In this document: positions 49,551-63,727 of the stretch, one piece after another | Position numbering within the stretch: the stretch's first letter is position 1 | Layout of the letters: each line of letters begins with the position of its first letter | Assembly: GCA_965200965.1 (NCBI GenBank) | Contig: OZ241744.1 | Coordinates: 3,392,001-3,456,000 of the forward strand | DNA: 64,000 nt | Reading direction: 5' to 3' | From: an uncultured Candidatus Binatia bacterium | GTDB taxonomy: Bacteria > Desulfobacterota > Binatia > Bin18 | Made by a program: the position numbers and the translations under genes | The notes under the pieces: model-generated | The model's database searches: none | What the model saw: only the letters and a program-made list of their open reading frames with translations | What the model was told of the DNA's origin: nothing

Positions 49551-52500
49551 ATGACCTTGCAGCTGGCAGATAATTTCCGCTTCCGCCGGAAGTTCGGCCA
49601 AATCGGCGAAATCACCCAGATTCCACACCTGCTGGAGATCCAACGGCTCTCGTATGAGAAATTCCTCCAGGGGGAGCCAGGCCCGGAAGAACGGATGGAA
49701 TCCGGGCTTCACGGGGTCTTTCGCTCGGTTTTTCCGATCAAGGATTTCAATGAAACCGCTTCTCTGGAGTTTGTGAGTTATACGCTTGGAGAGCCAAACT
49801 ACACGGTGGAGGAATGCCATCAGCGCGGGATGACCTATGCCGCCCCCCTGAAAGTGACCATCCAACTTGTTCTTTGGGATGTTGATCCGCGGACAGAAGC
49901 CCGCACGATCAAAAATGTCAAGGAGCAGGAAGTCTATTTTGGCGAGATCCCGCTGATGGCCTCGTATGGCACGTTCATGGTGAATGGGACCGAGCGGGTT
50001 ATTGTGAGCCAGTTGCACCGCTCGCCCGGGGTCTTCTTCGATCACGATAAGGGCAAGACCCACCCCAGTGGAAAATTCCTCTATTCCGCCCGGATCATTC
50101 CGTCCCGGGGATCGTGGATTGACTTTGAGTTTGACCCGAAAGACATCCTGTATGTCCGTATTGACCGCCGCCGCAAGTTCCACGCAACGGTGTTGCTGCG
50201 GGCTTTGGGGATGACGGTCGAGGACCTGCTCACCTACTTTTATCCGACCGATACCATTACTGTTGAGGGCGGTCGTGCCACCAAAAAATTCCAGCCGCAG
50301 CTCCTGCTCGGTCTGCGCGCGACCCACGATGTCCGACATCCGAAAACCCAGGAGGTGCTGGTCAAAGAAGGACGCCGGTTCACCCGTAACGCGATCAGAC
50401 AGATGGAGGCCGCCGAGGTTGAGCAGATCCCGATTGGCCTTGGAGAGATTGCAGGCTCGGTCACAGCCCATGATGTGCTTGACCCGGAGACACAGGAAGT
50501 CCTGCTTGAGTGCAACCAGGAGTTGAGCCAGGACGACCTTGACCGCCTGATTGAGCGCAAGGTCTCGACCATAGAGACATTCTGTATTGACGAGTCCCCC
50601 ATTGGTCCATCCCTGCGGAAGACCTTGCTCCAGGACATCCAGGACAAAATTGTTTCTCCCGAAGAGGCCAAGAAGGAGATTTATCGTCGCCTCCGTCCCG
50701 GAGATCCGCCAGCGGCCGAGGCGGTAGGGGTTTTCTTTGAAAACCTGTTCTTCAACGCCGAGCGTTACGATCTGTCCAAGGTTGGCCGCCTCAAACTCAA
50801 CTATAAACTCCAACGTGATACTCCGCTCGATCTGGGGACCCTGCGCAAAGAGGATATCCTTGAGGTCGCACGGTATCTGTTTGAGTTAAAAAACGGCAAC
50901 GGGGTCGTTGATGATATTGACCATCTTGGCAACCGGCGGGTGCGGGCGGTCGGGGAGTTGGTTGAGAATCAGTTCCGGATTGGCCTGGTCCGCATGGAGC
51001 GGGCGGTCAAAGAGCGCATGAGCCTCCAGGATGTCGAGACCCTGATGCCCCAGGAACTGGTCAACTACAAGCCTGTGTCGGCCGCGCTGAAGGAATTTTT
51101 TGGATCGAGCCAGTTGTCGCAGTTCATGGACCAGACCAACCCCTTGTCTGAAGTGGCCCATAAGCGGCGTCTGTCGGCCCTCGGACCGGGCGGCTTGACC
51201 CGGGAGCGGGCCGGTTTTGAGGTCCGGGATGTGCATCCGACCCACTATGGACGGGTGTGTCCTATCGAGACACCCGAAGGGCCGAATGTCGGGCTTATTG
51301 CAAGCCTGTCAACCTACGCCCGGGTGAATGAATTCGGCTTTATTGAGACGCCGTACCGCAAAGTTGAGGATGGTCGGGTGACGCAGGATGTGCAGTATTT
51401 GTCTGCCCTTGAAGAAGAGACGCAGACTATTGCCCCGGCCGACGCCCCAATTGACGAGGACGGGCGGTTTATCCCAGACCGCCAAGGCCAGGTTTCTTCC
51501 CGCCAGCGCGGCGAACCTGAGCAGGTCCAGCCTGATCAGGTCCAGTTGATGGACGTGTCTCCCACCCAGTTGGTGAGTGTTGCCGCGGCCCTGATTCCCT
51601 TTCTGGAACATGACGATGCGAACCGCGCCCTGATGGGTTCGAACATGCAGCGCCAGGCAGTTCCCCTGCTGCGAACCGAAGCGCCGCTGGTTGGCACTGG
51701 GATGGAACAGGTCGTTGCCCGGGATTCCGGCGTGACGGTCGTCGCCCGCCGGAGCGGCTTTGTTGAAAGTGTCGATTCCAGACGTGTTGTGATTAAGGCG
51801 GATACGCCGCTCACTGCCGGCGATGCCACGGTCGATATCTACCCGCTCATCAAGTACCAGCGTTCCAATCAGAACACCTGTGTGAACCAGCGGCCGATCG
51901 TCAAAGTTGGCGACTCTATCAAGGCCGGCGATGTGATTGCCGATGGACCGGCCACCGACATGGGGGAGTTGGCCCTGGGCAGGAATGTCCTGGTCGCGTT
52001 CATGATCTGGGAGGGCTACAATTTTGAAGACTCCATCCTGGTCAGCGAGCGTATGTTACGCGAGGATGTGTTCACTTCGGTGCATATTGAAGAATTTGAA
52101 TGCGTTGCCCGCGACACCAAACTCGGTCCAGAAGAGATCACCCAGGATATCCCGAATGTCGGTGAAGAAGCCCTCAAGGACCTTGACGGCAGCGGTATTG
52201 TCAGGATCGGCGCTGAGGTGAGGCCGGGCGACATTCTGGTCGGCAAGATCACACCCAAAGGCGAGACCCAGCTCTCTCCCGAAGAGAAGCTGCTCCGCGC
52301 CATCTTCGGCGAAAAAGCCGGAGAAGTCCGCGATACCTCGCTGCGTATCCCTCCCGGTGTTGAGGGCACGGTGATCAATGCGCGCGTCTTCTCTCGCAAG
52401 GGGGTGGAGAAAGATGAGCGGAGCCAGAGCATTGAGGACGAAGAGGTTGAGCGACTCCGCAGAGACCAGGAAGATGAAATCCGGATTGTCCAGGAGAGCA

Positions 52501-53669
52501 CATTCGGAAAAGTCCGCGACCTGACGCTGGGCAAAGTTCTGACCGTTCGGATCCGCGACGAGGAGACCCGGAAGGTCCTGTTTCCCAAAGGCCACGAGAT
52601 TAGCGAAGAGGTGCTGCGGGCCATTCCCCCCGCATACTGGGGCCGGCTCAGGCTTGGCGATGAGGCGATTGAGGACGAACTGAGCCAGAGCGTCGCCGCC
52701 ATGCTGGAGCAGATTGGCCGGATTCGTGAAGAGTCTGAGAAGAAGGTTGAGAAGCTCCGCGGTGGGGACGAGCTGGCACCCGGCGTCACCAGGATGGTGA
52801 AAGTCTTTGTCGCCATGAAACGCAAACTCCAGGCCGGCGATAAGGTGGCTGGGAGACACGGCAACAAAGGCGTACTGTCCCGGATTGTGCCCGAAGAAGA
52901 TATGCCGTATCTGGCCGACGGGACCCCGGTTGATGTCGTCCTCAACCCGCTGGGCATGCCCTCACGGATGAATCTCGGGCAGATTCTTGAGACCCATCTC
53001 GGCTGGGCCGTGCGGGGCCTCGGCGAGCAGATGGGCAACAGCCAGCCGACGCAGTGCAAAGACCGCCGTGCCCGACTCCAGGATGTCTATGACAACAAAG
53101 ACCTTGTTGACACAATTCAAGCCTTGCCGGCGTCTGATCTGAACCGCCTGATTGAGCGCGCCCAGACCGGGGTGCATGTGGCAACGCCCGTGTTCGACGG
53201 TGCTCCGGAAAAAGAAATTTCTGACCTGCTGCAAAAGGCCGGCTTGCCCGAATCTGGACAAACCGTGCTCTATGACGGGCGAACCGGCGAGCGTTTCGAT
53301 GGAGATATAACGGTTGGGGTGATGTACATCCTGAAGCTCCACCATCTTGTTGAGGACAAAATCCACGCCCGCTCTACCGGCCCCTATTCGCTGGTGACCC
53401 AGCAGCCCTTGGGCGGCAAGGCCCAGTTTGGCGGACAGCGGCTGGGAGAGATGGAAGTGTGGGCTCTTGAAGCCTATGGTGCGGCCTATAGTCTGCAAGA
53501 AATGCTGACGGTCAAGTCGGACGATGTGGCCGGTCGGACCCGTATCTATGAGGCGATTGTGAAAGGAGACAATGTACTGGAACCAGGGCTTCCCGAATCG
53601 TTCAATGTCATGGTCCGAGAACTGCAAAGCTTAGCGCTCAACGTCGAACTGCTTGAGGACGACGAATAG
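49551..53669 (+). CDS. rpoB: RNA polymerase beta subunit
   Basis: [32 protein letters not shown] and GGQRLGEME motifs. Confidence 0.99.
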   Translation: MTLQLADNFRFRRKFGQIGEITQIPHLLEIQRLSYEKFLQGEPGPEERMESGLHGVFRSVFPIKDFNETASLEFVSYTLGEPNYTVEECHQRGMTYAAPLKVTIQLVLWDVDPRTEARTIKNVKEQEVYFGEIPLMASYGTFMVNGTERVIVSQLHRSPGVFFDHDKGKTHPSGKFLYSARIIPSRGSWIDFEFDPKDILYVRIDRRRKFHATVLLRALGMTVEDLLTYFYPTDTITVEGGRATKKFQPQLLLGLRATHDVRHPKTQEVLVKEGRRFTRNAIRQMEAAEVEQIPIGLGEIAGSVTAHDVLDPETQEVLLECNQELSQDDLDRLIERKVSTIETFCIDESPIGPSLRKTLLQDIQDKIVSPEEAKKEIYRRLRPGDPPAAEAVGVFFENLFFNAERYDLSKVGRLKLNYKLQRDTPLDLGTLRKEDILEVARYLFELKNGNGVVDDIDHLGNRRVRAVGELVENQFRIGLVRMERAVKERMSLQDVETLMPQELVNYKPVSAALKEFFGSSQLSQFMDQTNPLSEVAHKRRLSALGPGGLTRERAGFEVRDVHPTHYGRVCPIETPEGPNVGLIASLSTYARVNEFGFIETPYRKVEDGRVTQDVQYLSALEEETQTIAPADAPIDEDGRFIPDRQGQVSSRQRGEPEQVQPDQVQLMDVSPTQLVSVAAALIPFLEHDDANRALMGSNMQRQAVPLLRTEAPLVGTGMEQVVARDSGVTVVARRSGFVESVDSRRVVIKADTPLTAGDATVDIYPLIKYQRSNQNTCVNQRPIVKVGDSIKAGDVIADGPATDMGELALGRNVLVAFMIWEGYNFEDSILVSERMLREDVFTSVHIEEFECVARDTKLGPEEITQDIPNVGEEALKDLDGSGIVRIGAEVRPGDILVGKITPKGETQLSPEEKLLRAIFGEKAGEVRDTSLRIPPGVEGTVINARVFSRKGVEKDERSQSIEDEEVERLRRDQEDEIRIVQESTFGKVRDLTLGKVLTVRIRDEETRKVLFPKGHEISEEVLRAIPPAYWGRLRLGDEAIEDELSQSVAAMLEQIGRIREESEKKVEKLRGGDELAPGVTRMVKVFVAMKRKLQAGDKVAGRHGNKGVLSRIVPEEDMPYLADGTPVDVVLNPLGMPSRMNLGQILETHLGWAVRGLGEQMGNSQPTQCKDRRARLQDVYDNKDLVDTIQALPASDLNRLIERAQTGVHVATPVFDGAPEKEISDLLQKAGLPESGQTVLYDGRTGERFDGDITVGVMYILKLHHLVEDKIHARSTGPYSLVTQQPLGGKAQFGGQRLGEMEVWALEAYGAAYSLQEMLTVKSDDVAGRTRIYEAIVKGDNVLEPGLPESFNVMVRELQSLALNVELLEDDE

Positions 53670-53688
53670 AGTACGCTGGGGGGGAAAG

Positions 53689-56600
53689 ATGGAAGATCTT
53701 CTTGGCCTTTTTGAGAAGCCTCAGAATCCGGTCCGTTTTAATGCTATCCGGGTCGCGCTGGCCCCTCCCGATATGGTTCGTTCCTGGTCGCACGGAGAGG
53801 TCAAGAAGCCTGAAACCATCAACTACCGCACATTCAAGCCCGAGCGCGACGGCCTGTTCTGCGCCAAAATTTTTGGTCCGACCAAAGATTACGAGTGTAA
53901 CTGCGGCAAGTACAAACGGATGCGTCACCGTGGGGTCGTGTGTGAAAAGTGTGGTGTTGAGGTGATTCAGTCCAAAGTACGCCGGGAGCGGATGGGGCAT
54001 ATCCCCCTGGCCAGCCCTGTCACCCATATCTGGTTCCTCAAAAGCCTGCCGAGCCGGATTGGCACCCTGCTGGATATGACGCTCAAGGATCTTGAACGGG
54101 TCCTGTATTTTGAGTCGTATATTGTGACCGACCCGCTCCAGACGCCGCTGAGCAAGAAACAGGTCCTGTCCGAAACCCGCTACCGGACACTGCTTGAGGA
54201 GTTCGGTTCTGGCAGTTTTCAGGCTGGAATGGGAGCCGAGGCGATCCGGCTGTTGTTACAGGAGTTGAATCTGGAAAAACTGGCCGAAGAGTTGCGCGCC
54301 GAGCTGATGGAAACGGGGAGCGAGGCGCGCCGCAAAAAGATCACCAAACGCCTCAAGGTCATCAACGCGTTTCGGCACTCCGGCAATCTGCCCGAATGGA
54401 TGATCCTGGAAGTGGTTCCGGTCATTCCTCCCGACCTCCGCCCCCTCGTGCCTCTGGACGGCGGGCGCTTTGCCACCTCCGACCTGAATGATCTGTATCG
54501 GCGGGTGATCAACCGCAATAACCGCCTCAAACGCCTGATTGAGTTGAGCGCGCCCGACATCATTGTTCGCAATGAAAAGCGGATGCTCCAAGAGGCAGTT
54601 GATGCCTTGTTTGACAATGGCCGGCGCGGGAAGCCCTTGACCGGGCCCAGTAAACGGCCGCTCAAGTCCCTGTCCGATATGCTCAAAGGCAAAGGCGGAC
54701 GTTTTCGGCAGAACCTGCTCGGCAAACGGGTGGACTATTCGGGCCGGTCCGTCATTGTGATCGGTCCCGAGTTGCGCCTGCATCAGTGCGGGTTGCCCAA
54801 GCATATGGCCTTGGAACTGTTCAAGCCCTTTATCTACAACAAGCTCGAAGAACGGGGCTATACTACGACCATCAAGAGCGCCAAAAAGATGCTGGAACAA
54901 GAGCGCCCGGAAGTCTGGGATATCCTGGACGAGGTTATCAAGGAGCATCCGGTTCTGCTCAACCGTGCCCCAACCCTGCACCGGCTGGGCATCCAGGCGT
55001 TTGAGCCCGTCCTGATTGAGGGCAAGGCAATTCAACTCCATCCCCTGGTCTGCACGGCCTATAACGCCGATTTTGACGGCGACCAGATGGCGGTTCATGT
55101 GCCCCTCTCGGTCGAAGCCCAGGTCGAAGCCCGTACCCTGATGATGTCAACCAATAACATCCTGTCACCCACCCACGGCAGGGCGGTTATCGCCCCGACC
55201 CAGGATATTGTGATGGGCCTGTATACCATGACCCGTGAGCGGCCCGGGGCAAAAGGTGAGGGGAAAATCTTCAGCGGTCCAGACGAAGTTCGTATTGCCT
55301 ACGATCAGGGTCAGGTCGCACTCCAGGCTCAGATCAGGGTCCGCATGGACGGACAACTGGTCGAGACAACGGTCGGGCGGATCGTGCTGTATGATATCGT
55401 GCCGCCTGAGATTCCGTTTTCTGAAGTCAACCGGACGATGAAGAAAAAGGAGTTGGGCAGCCTGCTGGACAGCGCCTTTCGCAAAGCCGACAACAAAGCC
55501 ACCGTCATTTTTGCCGATCGTCTGAAGGATATGGGCTTTGAGTACGCAACCAAAGCCGGAATCTCATTCGATATTCGAGACATGGTGATCCCCAAGAAAA
55601 AAGAGGAACTGCTCAACACCGCCCAGGCGGATATCCAGGAGATCCAGGAGCAGTACTACAAGGGGCTTATCACCGATGGCGAGCGTCATAACAAAGTCGT
55701 TGATACCTGGGTCACGGTCACCGATGAGGTGGCCGATAAAATGCGCATCGGTTTTCGGGAGGATCGTCAGGGATTCAACCCTGTCTTCATGATGGCTGAC
55801 TCGGGGGCGCGGGGTAGCACCCAGCAGATGCGCCAACTGGCCGGGATGCGCGGGCTGATGGCAAAGCCATCCGGCGAGATCATTGAAACGCCGATCACTG
55901 CCAACTTCACAGAGGGACTGTCTGTCTTGCAATACTTCATTTCAACCCACGGGGCACGCAAGGGTCTTGCCGACACCGCCCTGAAAACAGCCAACTCGGG
56001 CTATCTGACCCGCCGTCTGGTTGATGTGGCCCAAGACTGCATCATCAGCGAACACGACTGCGGCACAATTGACGGCATTGAGATGGGCCCGCTGGTTGAA
56101 GGCGGAGAAATCATTGAGGGGCTGGGCGAGCGCGTCCTCGGCCGGGTTGCCCTTGATGATATCCGCGATTCGTTCTCCAACGAAGTCTTCGTTCCGGCCA
56201 ACGAAGAGATTGACGAGGAGCGGGTGCAGCGGATTGAAGACACCGGTATTGAAAAGCTCTCGATTCGCTCGGCTTTGACGTGTCAGAGCCGACGCGGGGT
56301 GTGCATCAAGTGCTATGGGCGTGACTTGGCGCGTGGGCGTATGGTCAACATCGGTGAAGCGGTTGGCATCATGGCGGCCCAGTCAATTGGCGAGCCCGGC
56401 ACCCAGCTTACGATGCGGACCTTCCACATCGGTGGAGCGGCCAGTGACGAGGCAAAAATAGCGGACCGGTCCACCCGCAACGGGGGGACGCTGCGCTATA
56501 TTGCTCTCAAGACGGTCAGCAACCGTGAGGGCGATCAGGTCGTCACGAATCGGAACGGTAAGGTCGCTATTGTGGACAGTTCATCAGGTCAGGATCGGGA

Positions 56601-58374
56601 GTTGGAGCGTCATTCGATTGAGTACGGGGCGAAGCTCAAGAAAAAGGACGGGTCCACAGTCGAACCGAAGGAACTGATTGCGGAGTGGAACCCCTACATG
56701 GTTCCTATCCTGACCGAGGTCGCCGGCACGATCAAATTCGTTGACATCAGTGAAGGCATTAATATGGAGGAGAAGGTTGATGAGGCTGGTTTATCGACCC
56801 GGGTCATCATCCCAATTCAGACTGATTCGTTGGCTGAGAAGATACACTCTTGTACCGAGGAGATAACCAAACTGGAGGAGGAGCAACATCCAGAGGAGAT
56901 TCGTAAGAAGTACACAGGGAGGATAAGAAGTCAGAAAACCAAGAGGGCTGCTCTGCAGGACGAGTTGAAGCAGATGCAAAAACCCAAGCCTCCTGATGTT
57001 GAGTGGTTTTTCGGGCTTCAGATACACTCTTGTACCGAGGAGATAACCAAACTGGAGGAGGAGCAACATCCAGAGGAGATTCGTAAGGCGTACACACGGA
57101 GGATAGAAAGCAAGAGGGCTACTCTGAAGGGCGAGTTGGAGCGGATTCGTAAGGCGTACACACGGAGGATAGAAAGCAAGAGAGCTACTCTGCGCGAACG
57201 GGAGGACGAGTTGGAGCAGATGCAAAAACTCAAGCCTCCTGATATTGAGTGGTTTTTCGGGCTTCAAATGCTTGAGGAGATACGCTCTTGTACCGAGGAG
57301 ATAACCAAACTGGAGGAGGAGCAACAGGAGGAGATTCGTAAGGCGTACACACGGAGGATAGAAAGCAAGAGAGCTACTCTGCGCGAACGGGAGGACGAGT
57401 TGGAGCAGATGCAAAAACTCAAGCCTCGCATCTTGATCAAGGACGATAAGGGGAAAACAGCCAAGCTGCCCAGCGGTCCTGATGCGGTCTATACGCTTTC
57501 TGCTGGTACCCGTGTTGACGTGGTTGAGGGCCAGCAGGTTGAAGCGGGTGACGTGCTGGCCAGGATTCCTCGAACCACTTCACGCAAGACGAAAGATATT
57601 ACGGGCGGTCTGCCTCGAGTGGCAGATCTGTTTGAAGCCCGAAAACCCAAGGAATTTGCCGTCATCAGCGAAATTGATGGCATGGTGTCTTTTGGCAAGG
57701 ATACCAAAGGCAAGCAGAAGGTTGTCATCACGCCGGATGTGGGAGATCCGCGTGACTATCTTATCCCGCGTGGAAAACATATCAGTGTCCGCGAGGGTGA
57801 TTATGTCCGGGCCGGCGACCCCCTGATGGACGGCTCGCCCAATCCGCACGACATCCTTGGCGTGCTCGGAGAAAAGGAACTCGCCAAGCGGTTGGTTGAT
57901 GACGTGCAGGAGATTTATCGCTTGCAGGGTGTCCATATGCACGACAAGCATATTGAGGTCATCATTCGCCAGATGATGCGCCGGGTGGCTGTCACCCAGG
58001 TCGGCGATTCTGATTTTCTGCTTGGCGAGCAGGTCGAAAAATGGCGATTCCAGGAGGAGGTCGAAAAGGTCCTGGCCGAGCAAGGTCAACCGCCCGAGGC
58101 GAAATCACTCCTCATGGGTATCACCAAGGCCAGTCTATCGACCGACAGCTTTATTTCCGCGGCTTCATTCCAGGAAACGACCAAGGTGCTGACCGAAGCC
58201 GCCATCAATGGGAAGGTCGATATGTTGTCGGGGCTCAAAGAAAACGTCATTATGGGCCGACTGATCCCAGCCGGGACCGGCAACCCCAGTTATACTGCAA
58301 TTGAGGCCGAGACTGTCGAAGCGCCGGGTGATGAAGAACAGGGTCAACTGCCGCCGATAGTTGAGGCGTCGTAA
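53689..58374 (+). CDS. rpoC: RNA polymerase beta' subunit (1561 aa, with a ~195-aa repeat insertion in SI3)
   Basis: Zinc finger, [15 protein letters not shown]...DITGGLPRV motifs; insertion at ~56840-57426. Confidence 0.99.
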   Translation: MEDLLGLFEKPQNPVRFNAIRVALAPPDMVRSWSHGEVKKPETINYRTFKPERDGLFCAKIFGPTKDYECNCGKYKRMRHRGVVCEKCGVEVIQSKVRRERMGHIPLASPVTHIWFLKSLPSRIGTLLDMTLKDLERVLYFESYIVTDPLQTPLSKKQVLSETRYRTLLEEFGSGSFQAGMGAEAIRLLLQELNLEKLAEELRAELMETGSEARRKKITKRLKVINAFRHSGNLPEWMILEVVPVIPPDLRPLVPLDGGRFATSDLNDLYRRVINRNNRLKRLIELSAPDIIVRNEKRMLQEAVDALFDNGRRGKPLTGPSKRPLKSLSDMLKGKGGRFRQNLLGKRVDYSGRSVIVIGPELRLHQCGLPKHMALELFKPFIYNKLEERGYTTTIKSAKKMLEQERPEVWDILDEVIKEHPVLLNRAPTLHRLGIQAFEPVLIEGKAIQLHPLVCTAYNADFDGDQMAVHVPLSVEAQVEARTLMMSTNNILSPTHGRAVIAPTQDIVMGLYTMTRERPGAKGEGKIFSGPDEVRIAYDQGQVALQAQIRVRMDGQLVETTVGRIVLYDIVPPEIPFSEVNRTMKKKELGSLLDSAFRKADNKATVIFADRLKDMGFEYATKAGISFDIRDMVIPKKKEELLNTAQADIQEIQEQYYKGLITDGERHNKVVDTWVTVTDEVADKMRIGFREDRQGFNPVFMMADSGARGSTQQMRQLAGMRGLMAKPSGEIIETPITANFTEGLSVLQYFISTHGARKGLADTALKTANSGYLTRRLVDVAQDCIISEHDCGTIDGIEMGPLVEGGEIIEGLGERVLGRVALDDIRDSFSNEVFVPANEEIDEERVQRIEDTGIEKLSIRSALTCQSRRGVCIKCYGRDLARGRMVNIGEAVGIMAAQSIGEPGTQLTMRTFHIGGAASDEAKIADRSTRNGGTLRYIALKTVSNREGDQVVTNRNGKVAIVDSSSGQDRELERHSIEYGAKLKKKDGSTVEPKELIAEWNPYMVPILTEVAGTIKFVDISEGINMEEKVDEAGLSTRVIIPIQTDSLAEKIHSCTEEITKLEEEQHPEEIRKKYTGRIRSQKTKRAALQDELKQMQKPKPPDVEWFFGLQIHSCTEEITKLEEEQHPEEIRKAYTRRIESKRATLKGELERIRKAYTRRIESKRATLREREDELEQMQKLKPPDIEWFFGLQMLEEIRSCTEEITKLEEEQQEEIRKAYTRRIESKRATLREREDELEQMQKLKPRILIKDDKGKTAKLPSGPDAVYTLSAGTRVDVVEGQQVEAGDVLARIPRTTSRKTKDITGGLPRVADLFEARKPKEFAVISEIDGMVSFGKDTKGKQKVVITPDVGDPRDYLIPRGKHISVREGDYVRAGDPLMDGSPNPHDILGVLGEKELAKRLVDDVQEIYRLQGVHMHDKHIEVIIRQMMRRVAVTQVGDSDFLLGEQVEKWRFQEEVEKVLAEQGQPPEAKSLLMGITKASLSTDSFISAASFQETTKVLTEAAINGKVDMLSGLKENVIMGRLIPAGTGNPSYTAIEAETVEAPGDEEQGQLPPIVEAS
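56840..57426 (+). repeat. In-frame tandem repeat (three ~180-bp units plus an internal 66-bp duplication) inside rpoC
   Basis: AGATAC(A/G)CTCTTGTACCGAGGAGATAACCAAACTGGAGGAGGAGCAACA starts at 56840, 57020 and 57278; GATTCGTAAGGCGTACACACGGAGGATAGAAAGCAAGAG at 57078, 57144 and 57333. Confidence 0.95.
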
Positions 58375-58385
58375 GTGGAGAAGAC

Positions 58386-58757
58386 ATGCCGACAATTCAG
58401 CAACTCGTCCGAAAAGGCCGGGAGCAGCAGCGCGAGAAGTTGACTGCGCCGGCCCTGCAAGCCTGTCCGCAACGCCGTGGGGTGTGTACGCGGGTATACA
58501 CCACAACGCCCAAGAAGCCCAACTCGGCTCTGAGAAAAGTGGCCCGGGTGCGGCTCACGAATGGGATTGAAGTCACGGCCTATATCCCAGGTATCGGACA
58601 TAACCTCCAGGAACACTCCGTCGTCCTCATTCGCGGCGGACGGGTGAAGGACTTACCCGGGGTGCGTTACCATATCGTGCGCGGTACCCTCGATTCGATT
58701 GGAGTCCAGGAACGCAAACAGAGCCGCTCGAAATACGGAGCAAAGCGACCCAAATAG
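58386..58757 (+). CDS. rpsL: 30S ribosomal protein S12
   Basis: [11 protein letters not shown] and [12 protein letters not shown] motifs. Confidence 0.99.
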   Translation: MPTIQQLVRKGREQQREKLTAPALQACPQRRGVCTRVYTTTPKKPNSALRKVARVRLTNGIEVTAYIPGIGHNLQEHSVVLIRGGRVKDLPGVRYHIVRGTLDSIGVQERKQSRSKYGAKRPK

Positions 58758-58776
58758 GCCGCAAGAAGAGGGACCA

Positions 58777-59247
58777 ATGCCACGCAAAGGACCAGCCCCA
58801 AGGCGAGAAGTGCTTCCCGACCCCAAATATCACGATACGGCGGTGTCAAAATTCGTGAATATGATGATGCAGAACGGCGCAAAAGGGGTGGCTGAAAAAA
58901 TTCTGTACAGCGCAATGGAACTAAGCGGAACGCGGAGTGGTGAAGACGCACTCGAAATCTTCAAACGGGCTTTAGAAAACGTGAAGCCCATTGTGGAGGT
59001 TCGCTCGCGTCGAGTAGGCGGCGCAACCTACCAAGTGCCTGTTGAGGTCCGTCAAGTGCGGCGCAACTCTCTGGCCATGCGCTGGCTCGTCCAGTCCGCG
59101 CGCAGCAGACCCGAGAAAGGGATGAAAGAGAAGCTCGCCGCAGAGTTGTATGAAGCCTCACAGAACAGGGGTGGGGCGGTGAAAAGGCGAGAAGATACGC
59201 ATCGGATGGCAGAGGCAAATAGGGCGTTTGTCCACTATCGGTGGTAA
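58777..59247 (+). CDS. rpsG: 30S ribosomal protein S7
   Basis: [16 protein letters not shown] and [10 protein letters not shown] motifs. Confidence 0.98.
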   Translation: MPRKGPAPRREVLPDPKYHDTAVSKFVNMMMQNGAKGVAEKILYSAMELSGTRSGEDALEIFKRALENVKPIVEVRSRRVGGATYQVPVEVRQVRRNSLAMRWLVQSARSRPEKGMKEKLAAELYEASQNRGGAVKRREDTHRMAEANRAFVHYRW

Positions 59248-59295
59248 AGATGGGCACGGGCGGGCTCTTTCCAGTCGGTATGGGGTACAGGCTAG

Positions 59296-59323
59296 TTGAC
59301 TCTTGTGAAATAGTCCGTACAAT
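59296..59323 (+). promoter_or_regulatory. Putative sigma70 promoter for tuf/S10 operon, where fusA normally sits
   Basis: TTGACT-N16-TACAAT. Confidence 0.6.
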
Positions 59324-59418
59324 TGCCATCCCTTGAGCGGAGCGTTGGGAAGAGAGCAGGGGACAGGAAACGGCCGCTGAGCGAAGAGAATCCGACCTCT
59401 GTCACAGGGATTCCTCCC

Positions 59419-60652
<1,234 letters not shown>

Positions 60653-60716
60653 CAGGAGCCTGCACTCGGCTGAGATCTTTCTTGCTAGAAACAATGGGGC
60701 CGTTTGCATGAACATC

Positions 60717-61025
60717 ATGAACGAAAAGATCCGGATCCGCTTAAAAGCGTACGATCACCGTGTCTTGGACCAGTCTGTCAAAGAGATTGTCGAGACGGTG
60801 AAGCGGACCGGGGGGAGGGTAGCCGGCCCCATTCCTCTACCGACACATACAGAGCGCTTCACAGTAAACCGCTCTCCGCATGTGGATAAAAAGTCGCGTG
60901 AACAATTTGAAATCCGGACCCATAAACGCCTCTTGGATATCCTTGATCCTACCCAGCAGACGATTGATGCGCTGGGAAAACTTGAACTAGCCGCCGGCGT
61001 TGATGTGGAAATCAAGCTTGAGTAA
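60717..61025 (+). CDS. rpsJ: 30S ribosomal protein S10
   Basis: [18 protein letters not shown] and [12 protein letters not shown] motifs; alternative start 60708. Confidence 0.98.
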   Translation: MNEKIRIRLKAYDHRVLDQSVKEIVETVKRTGGRVAGPIPLPTHTERFTVNRSPHVDKKSREQFEIRTHKRLLDILDPTQQTIDALGKLELAAGVDVEIKLE

Positions 61026-61034
61026 GGAAGTGCT

Positions 61035-61667
61035 ATGAATGGCCTCATCGGCCGCAAACTGGGCATGAGTCAGGTTTTTATAGAACAGGGGACGCTGGTT
61101 CCGGTGACTGTTATCCAGACGGGACCCTGCACGGTCGTCCAAAAGAAAACCGACCAAAAAGACGGCTACACCGCGCTCCAGCTCGGCTTTGGCAGCCGCA
61201 AACCTCAGCGGGTGAGCAAACCCGTCCTGGGTCACTGCCGCGCCTCCGGGACGGGCCCGTTTGAGGTGTTACGCGAGTTTCGGACTGCTGACGTTGACCA
61301 GTACGAAGTCGGACACCAGATAACCGCTGAGCAAATTTTTCAGCCTGGGGAACGGATCGTCGTTGTTGGCAAGACAAAGGGGCGAGGTTATACCGGTGTC
61401 ATAAAACGCCACGGCATGGGTGGCGCTCCCGCCAGCCATGGCACCCATGAATACTTTCGGCACGGCGGTTCCATTGGGAACTGTGCATATCCGGGCAAAA
61501 TTTTTAAGGGCAAGGCCATGGCCGGCCAGTATGGCGACAGTTGTACGACGATCCAGAATCTCCGTATTGTTGACATTCGCCCCCAAGAGCATCTGGTCCT
61601 CGTCCACGGGGCCATACCGGGCGCGCGCGGTGGCATAGTCACGCTCAGCAAAACACACAAGGGATAA
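61035..61667 (+). CDS. rplC: 50S ribosomal protein L3
   Basis: [17 protein letters not shown] and KGRGYTG..KRH motifs. Confidence 0.97.
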   Translation: MNGLIGRKLGMSQVFIEQGTLVPVTVIQTGPCTVVQKKTDQKDGYTALQLGFGSRKPQRVSKPVLGHCRASGTGPFEVLREFRTADVDQYEVGHQITAEQIFQPGERIVVVGKTKGRGYTGVIKRHGMGGAPASHGTHEYFRHGGSIGNCAYPGKIFKGKAMAGQYGDSCTTIQNLRIVDIRPQEHLVLVHGAIPGARGGIVTLSKTHKG

Positions 61668-61672
61668 GAGCG

Positions 61673-62314
61673 GTGGACGCGCAAGCAGTACGGATTCCGG
61701 TGCTCTCTCCTGAGCGCGAGGCGGTCGGTGAAATCGAACTCCCCTCCGTTGTTGTGTCGCAACCCCCGCGCGAGCATCTCCTGTATGAAGTGGTCAAGAT
61801 GCAGCGTGCCAATAGGCGGGCTGGAACAGCCTCTACAAAGACGCGCGGACAAGTCCGCGGCGGAGGGAAAAAGCCGTGGCGCCAGAAAGGGACTGGTCGG
61901 GCGAGATCTGGCAGCCGCCGCTCCCCGTTGTGGGTCGGGGGAGCAACCGTCTTTGGCCCGCAGCCACGCTCGTACGCCTACCGCCTGCCCCGGAGTGCGC
62001 GTCGCACCGCCCTGTGTGCCGCCCTGGCCCACAAACAGCGCGATGGCAACCTGACTGTTGTCAACCAGATCGCCCTGCCCGAACCGAAAACCAGATACAT
62101 GGTGGAGTTTTTATCCGGCCTGGAACTCAAAGGCGGCGTCCTGGTCGTGATTGTCGATGCGGATCAGACGCTCGAACGGGCGGCCCGGAATCTGCCCCAC
62201 GTCAAAGTCTTACGCTGTATTGGTCTCAATGTGTACGACCTCTTGCGCTATCAGCACTGTCTGTTCACCCAAGCGGCACTTGAGCAGATCAGCCAAAGGC
62301 TGACAACACCATGA
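61673..62314 (+). CDS. rplD: 50S ribosomal protein L4
   Basis: GGGKKPWRQKGTGRARSGS and FGPQPR motifs. Confidence 0.97.
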   Translation: MDAQAVRIPVLSPEREAVGEIELPSVVVSQPPREHLLYEVVKMQRANRRAGTASTKTRGQVRGGGKKPWRQKGTGRARSGSRRSPLWVGGATVFGPQPRSYAYRLPRSARRTALCAALAHKQRDGNLTVVNQIALPEPKTRYMVEFLSGLELKGGVLVVIVDADQTLERAARNLPHVKVLRCIGLNVYDLLRYQHCLFTQAALEQISQRLTTP

Positions 62315-62604
62315 GTCGGAATCTCTACACCGTTCTCGCCTCCCCGCTGATTACCGAAAAGGCGACCCTGGTCAATGCACTCGGCAACCAGGCAGTCTTT
62401 AAGGTGGACCCTCGGGCTAACAAAATCGCGATCAAGAACGCCGTTGAGCAGCTCTTTCAGGTCAAAGTGATCCAAGTGCGAACCATCCAGTATATGGGCA
62501 AAAAGCGACGAGTTGGACGCTCGGTCGGACGCAAACCGGCCTGGAAAAAGGCGTATGTGACCCTGGCCGCCGGGGACACGATTGATTTCTTTGAAGGAGC
62601 CTAG
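62311..62604 (+). CDS. rplW: 50S ribosomal protein L23
   Basis: PLITEK, ANK..IK.AVE and WKKAYVTL motifs. Confidence 0.97.
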   Translation: MSRNLYTVLASPLITEKATLVNALGNQAVFKVDPRANKIAIKNAVEQLFQVKVIQVRTIQYMGKKRRVGRSVGRKPAWKKAYVTLAAGDTIDFFEGA

Positions 62605-62607
62605 CCG

Positions 62608-63429
62608 ATGGCGATCCGTGTTTACAAACCGACCTCACCCGGCCGTCGCTCGCAGAGCGTATCGAGTTCCCGAGAATTGGGCAAAAATTCGCCCGAACGT
62701 TCTCTGCTCGCTCCGCTCCATAAGCGCGGTGGCCGCAACAACCGCGGTCGTCTCACCAATCTGCACCGGGGCGGCGGCCATAAACGGCGCTATCGGATTA
62801 TCGACTTCCACCGCGCAAAAGATGGCATCCCGGCCACAGTCGCCTCCATTGAATATGATCCCAACCGTTCTGCCCATATCGCTCTGCTCCACTACCGGGA
62901 CGGCGAGAAACGCTACATTCTCGCTCCAGTTGGACTCACTGTTGGTAGCCAAGTGATATCCGGAGAGGGGGCCGATATCCAGCCTGGCAATACCCTGTCG
63001 CTGCGCAATATCCCGCTTGGAACCCTCGTCCATAACATTGAGATGAAGATCGGGGCCGGCGGACAGCTGGCACGCGGGGCGGGCACCTCGGCCCAGTTGA
63101 TGGCCAAAGAGGGTGACTATACGACGCTCAAAATGCCGTCTGGAGAGATGCGGCTGATCCATCAGCGGTGTCGGGCGACCATAGGTCAGATCGGCAATAC
63201 CGACCACGAAAATGTGAGCTATGGAAAAGCCGGGCGTTCACGCTGGTTTGGTATCCGACCGCATGTGCGCGGTATTGCCATGAATCCTATTGATCACCCC
63301 CACGGTGGCGGTGAAGGACAGAGCAAAGGCAACCACCCCCAGAGCCCGTGGGGGGTGTTGGCCAAAGGTCATAAAACCCGCCAGAACCCGCGGACCGATA
63401 AGTACATCGTGCAGAAGAGAAAGAAATAG
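62608..63429 (+). CDS. rplB: 50S ribosomal protein L2
   Basis: [21 protein letters not shown] and [14 protein letters not shown] motifs. Confidence 0.98.
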   Translation: MAIRVYKPTSPGRRSQSVSSSRELGKNSPERSLLAPLHKRGGRNNRGRLTNLHRGGGHKRRYRIIDFHRAKDGIPATVASIEYDPNRSAHIALLHYRDGEKRYILAPVGLTVGSQVISGEGADIQPGNTLSLRNIPLGTLVHNIEMKIGAGGQLARGAGTSAQLMAKEGDYTTLKMPSGEMRLIHQRCRATIGQIGNTDHENVSYGKAGRSRWFGIRPHVRGIAMNPIDHPHGGGEGQSKGNHPQSPWGVLAKGHKTRQNPRTDKYIVQKRKK

Positions 63430-63432
63430 CTT

Positions 63433-63714
63433 ATGCCACGCTCGGTGAAAAAAGGTCCCTTTGTGGATGACCACCTGATGAAAAAGGTGCAGGCCGTACT
63501 GGACAGCGGAGACCGGAAGGTTATTCGGACTTGGTCTCGGCGTTCAACCATCATTCCAGAGATGATCGGCTGTACCTTTGCCGTCCATAACGGTCGCCGG
63601 TTTATCCCGGTCTATGTCACTGAAAATATGGTCGGTCATAAGTTCGGTGAATTTTCTCCGACCCGCACATTTTATGGCCATGCTGGTGACCGAAAAGGCG
63701 AGAGAAGGCGATAG
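63433..63714 (+). CDS. rpsS: 30S ribosomal protein S19
   Basis: [16 protein letters not shown] and [11 protein letters not shown] motifs. Confidence 0.98.
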   Translation: MPRSVKKGPFVDDHLMKKVQAVLDSGDRKVIRTWSRRSTIIPEMIGCTFAVHNGRRFIPVYVTENMVGHKFGEFSPTRTFYGHAGDRKGERRR

Positions 63715-63727
63715 CTAGGGACCCGCT

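Noticed and set aside
49164-53627. Long antisense ORFs opposite rplL/rpoB (and similar ones opposite other genes)
   Set aside because: Expected shadow ORFs in GC-rich coding DNA; no recognisable motifs.
56840-57426. Intein or CRISPR array within rpoC
   Set aside because: No C/S...HN-C/S/T splice motifs or homing endonuclease; no unique spacers; the repeats are in-frame coding units.
51100-58757. Rifampicin or streptomycin resistance alleles in rpoB/rpsL
   Set aside because: Key residues (Q/D/H/S of the RRDR; S12 K43 and K88) look wild type.
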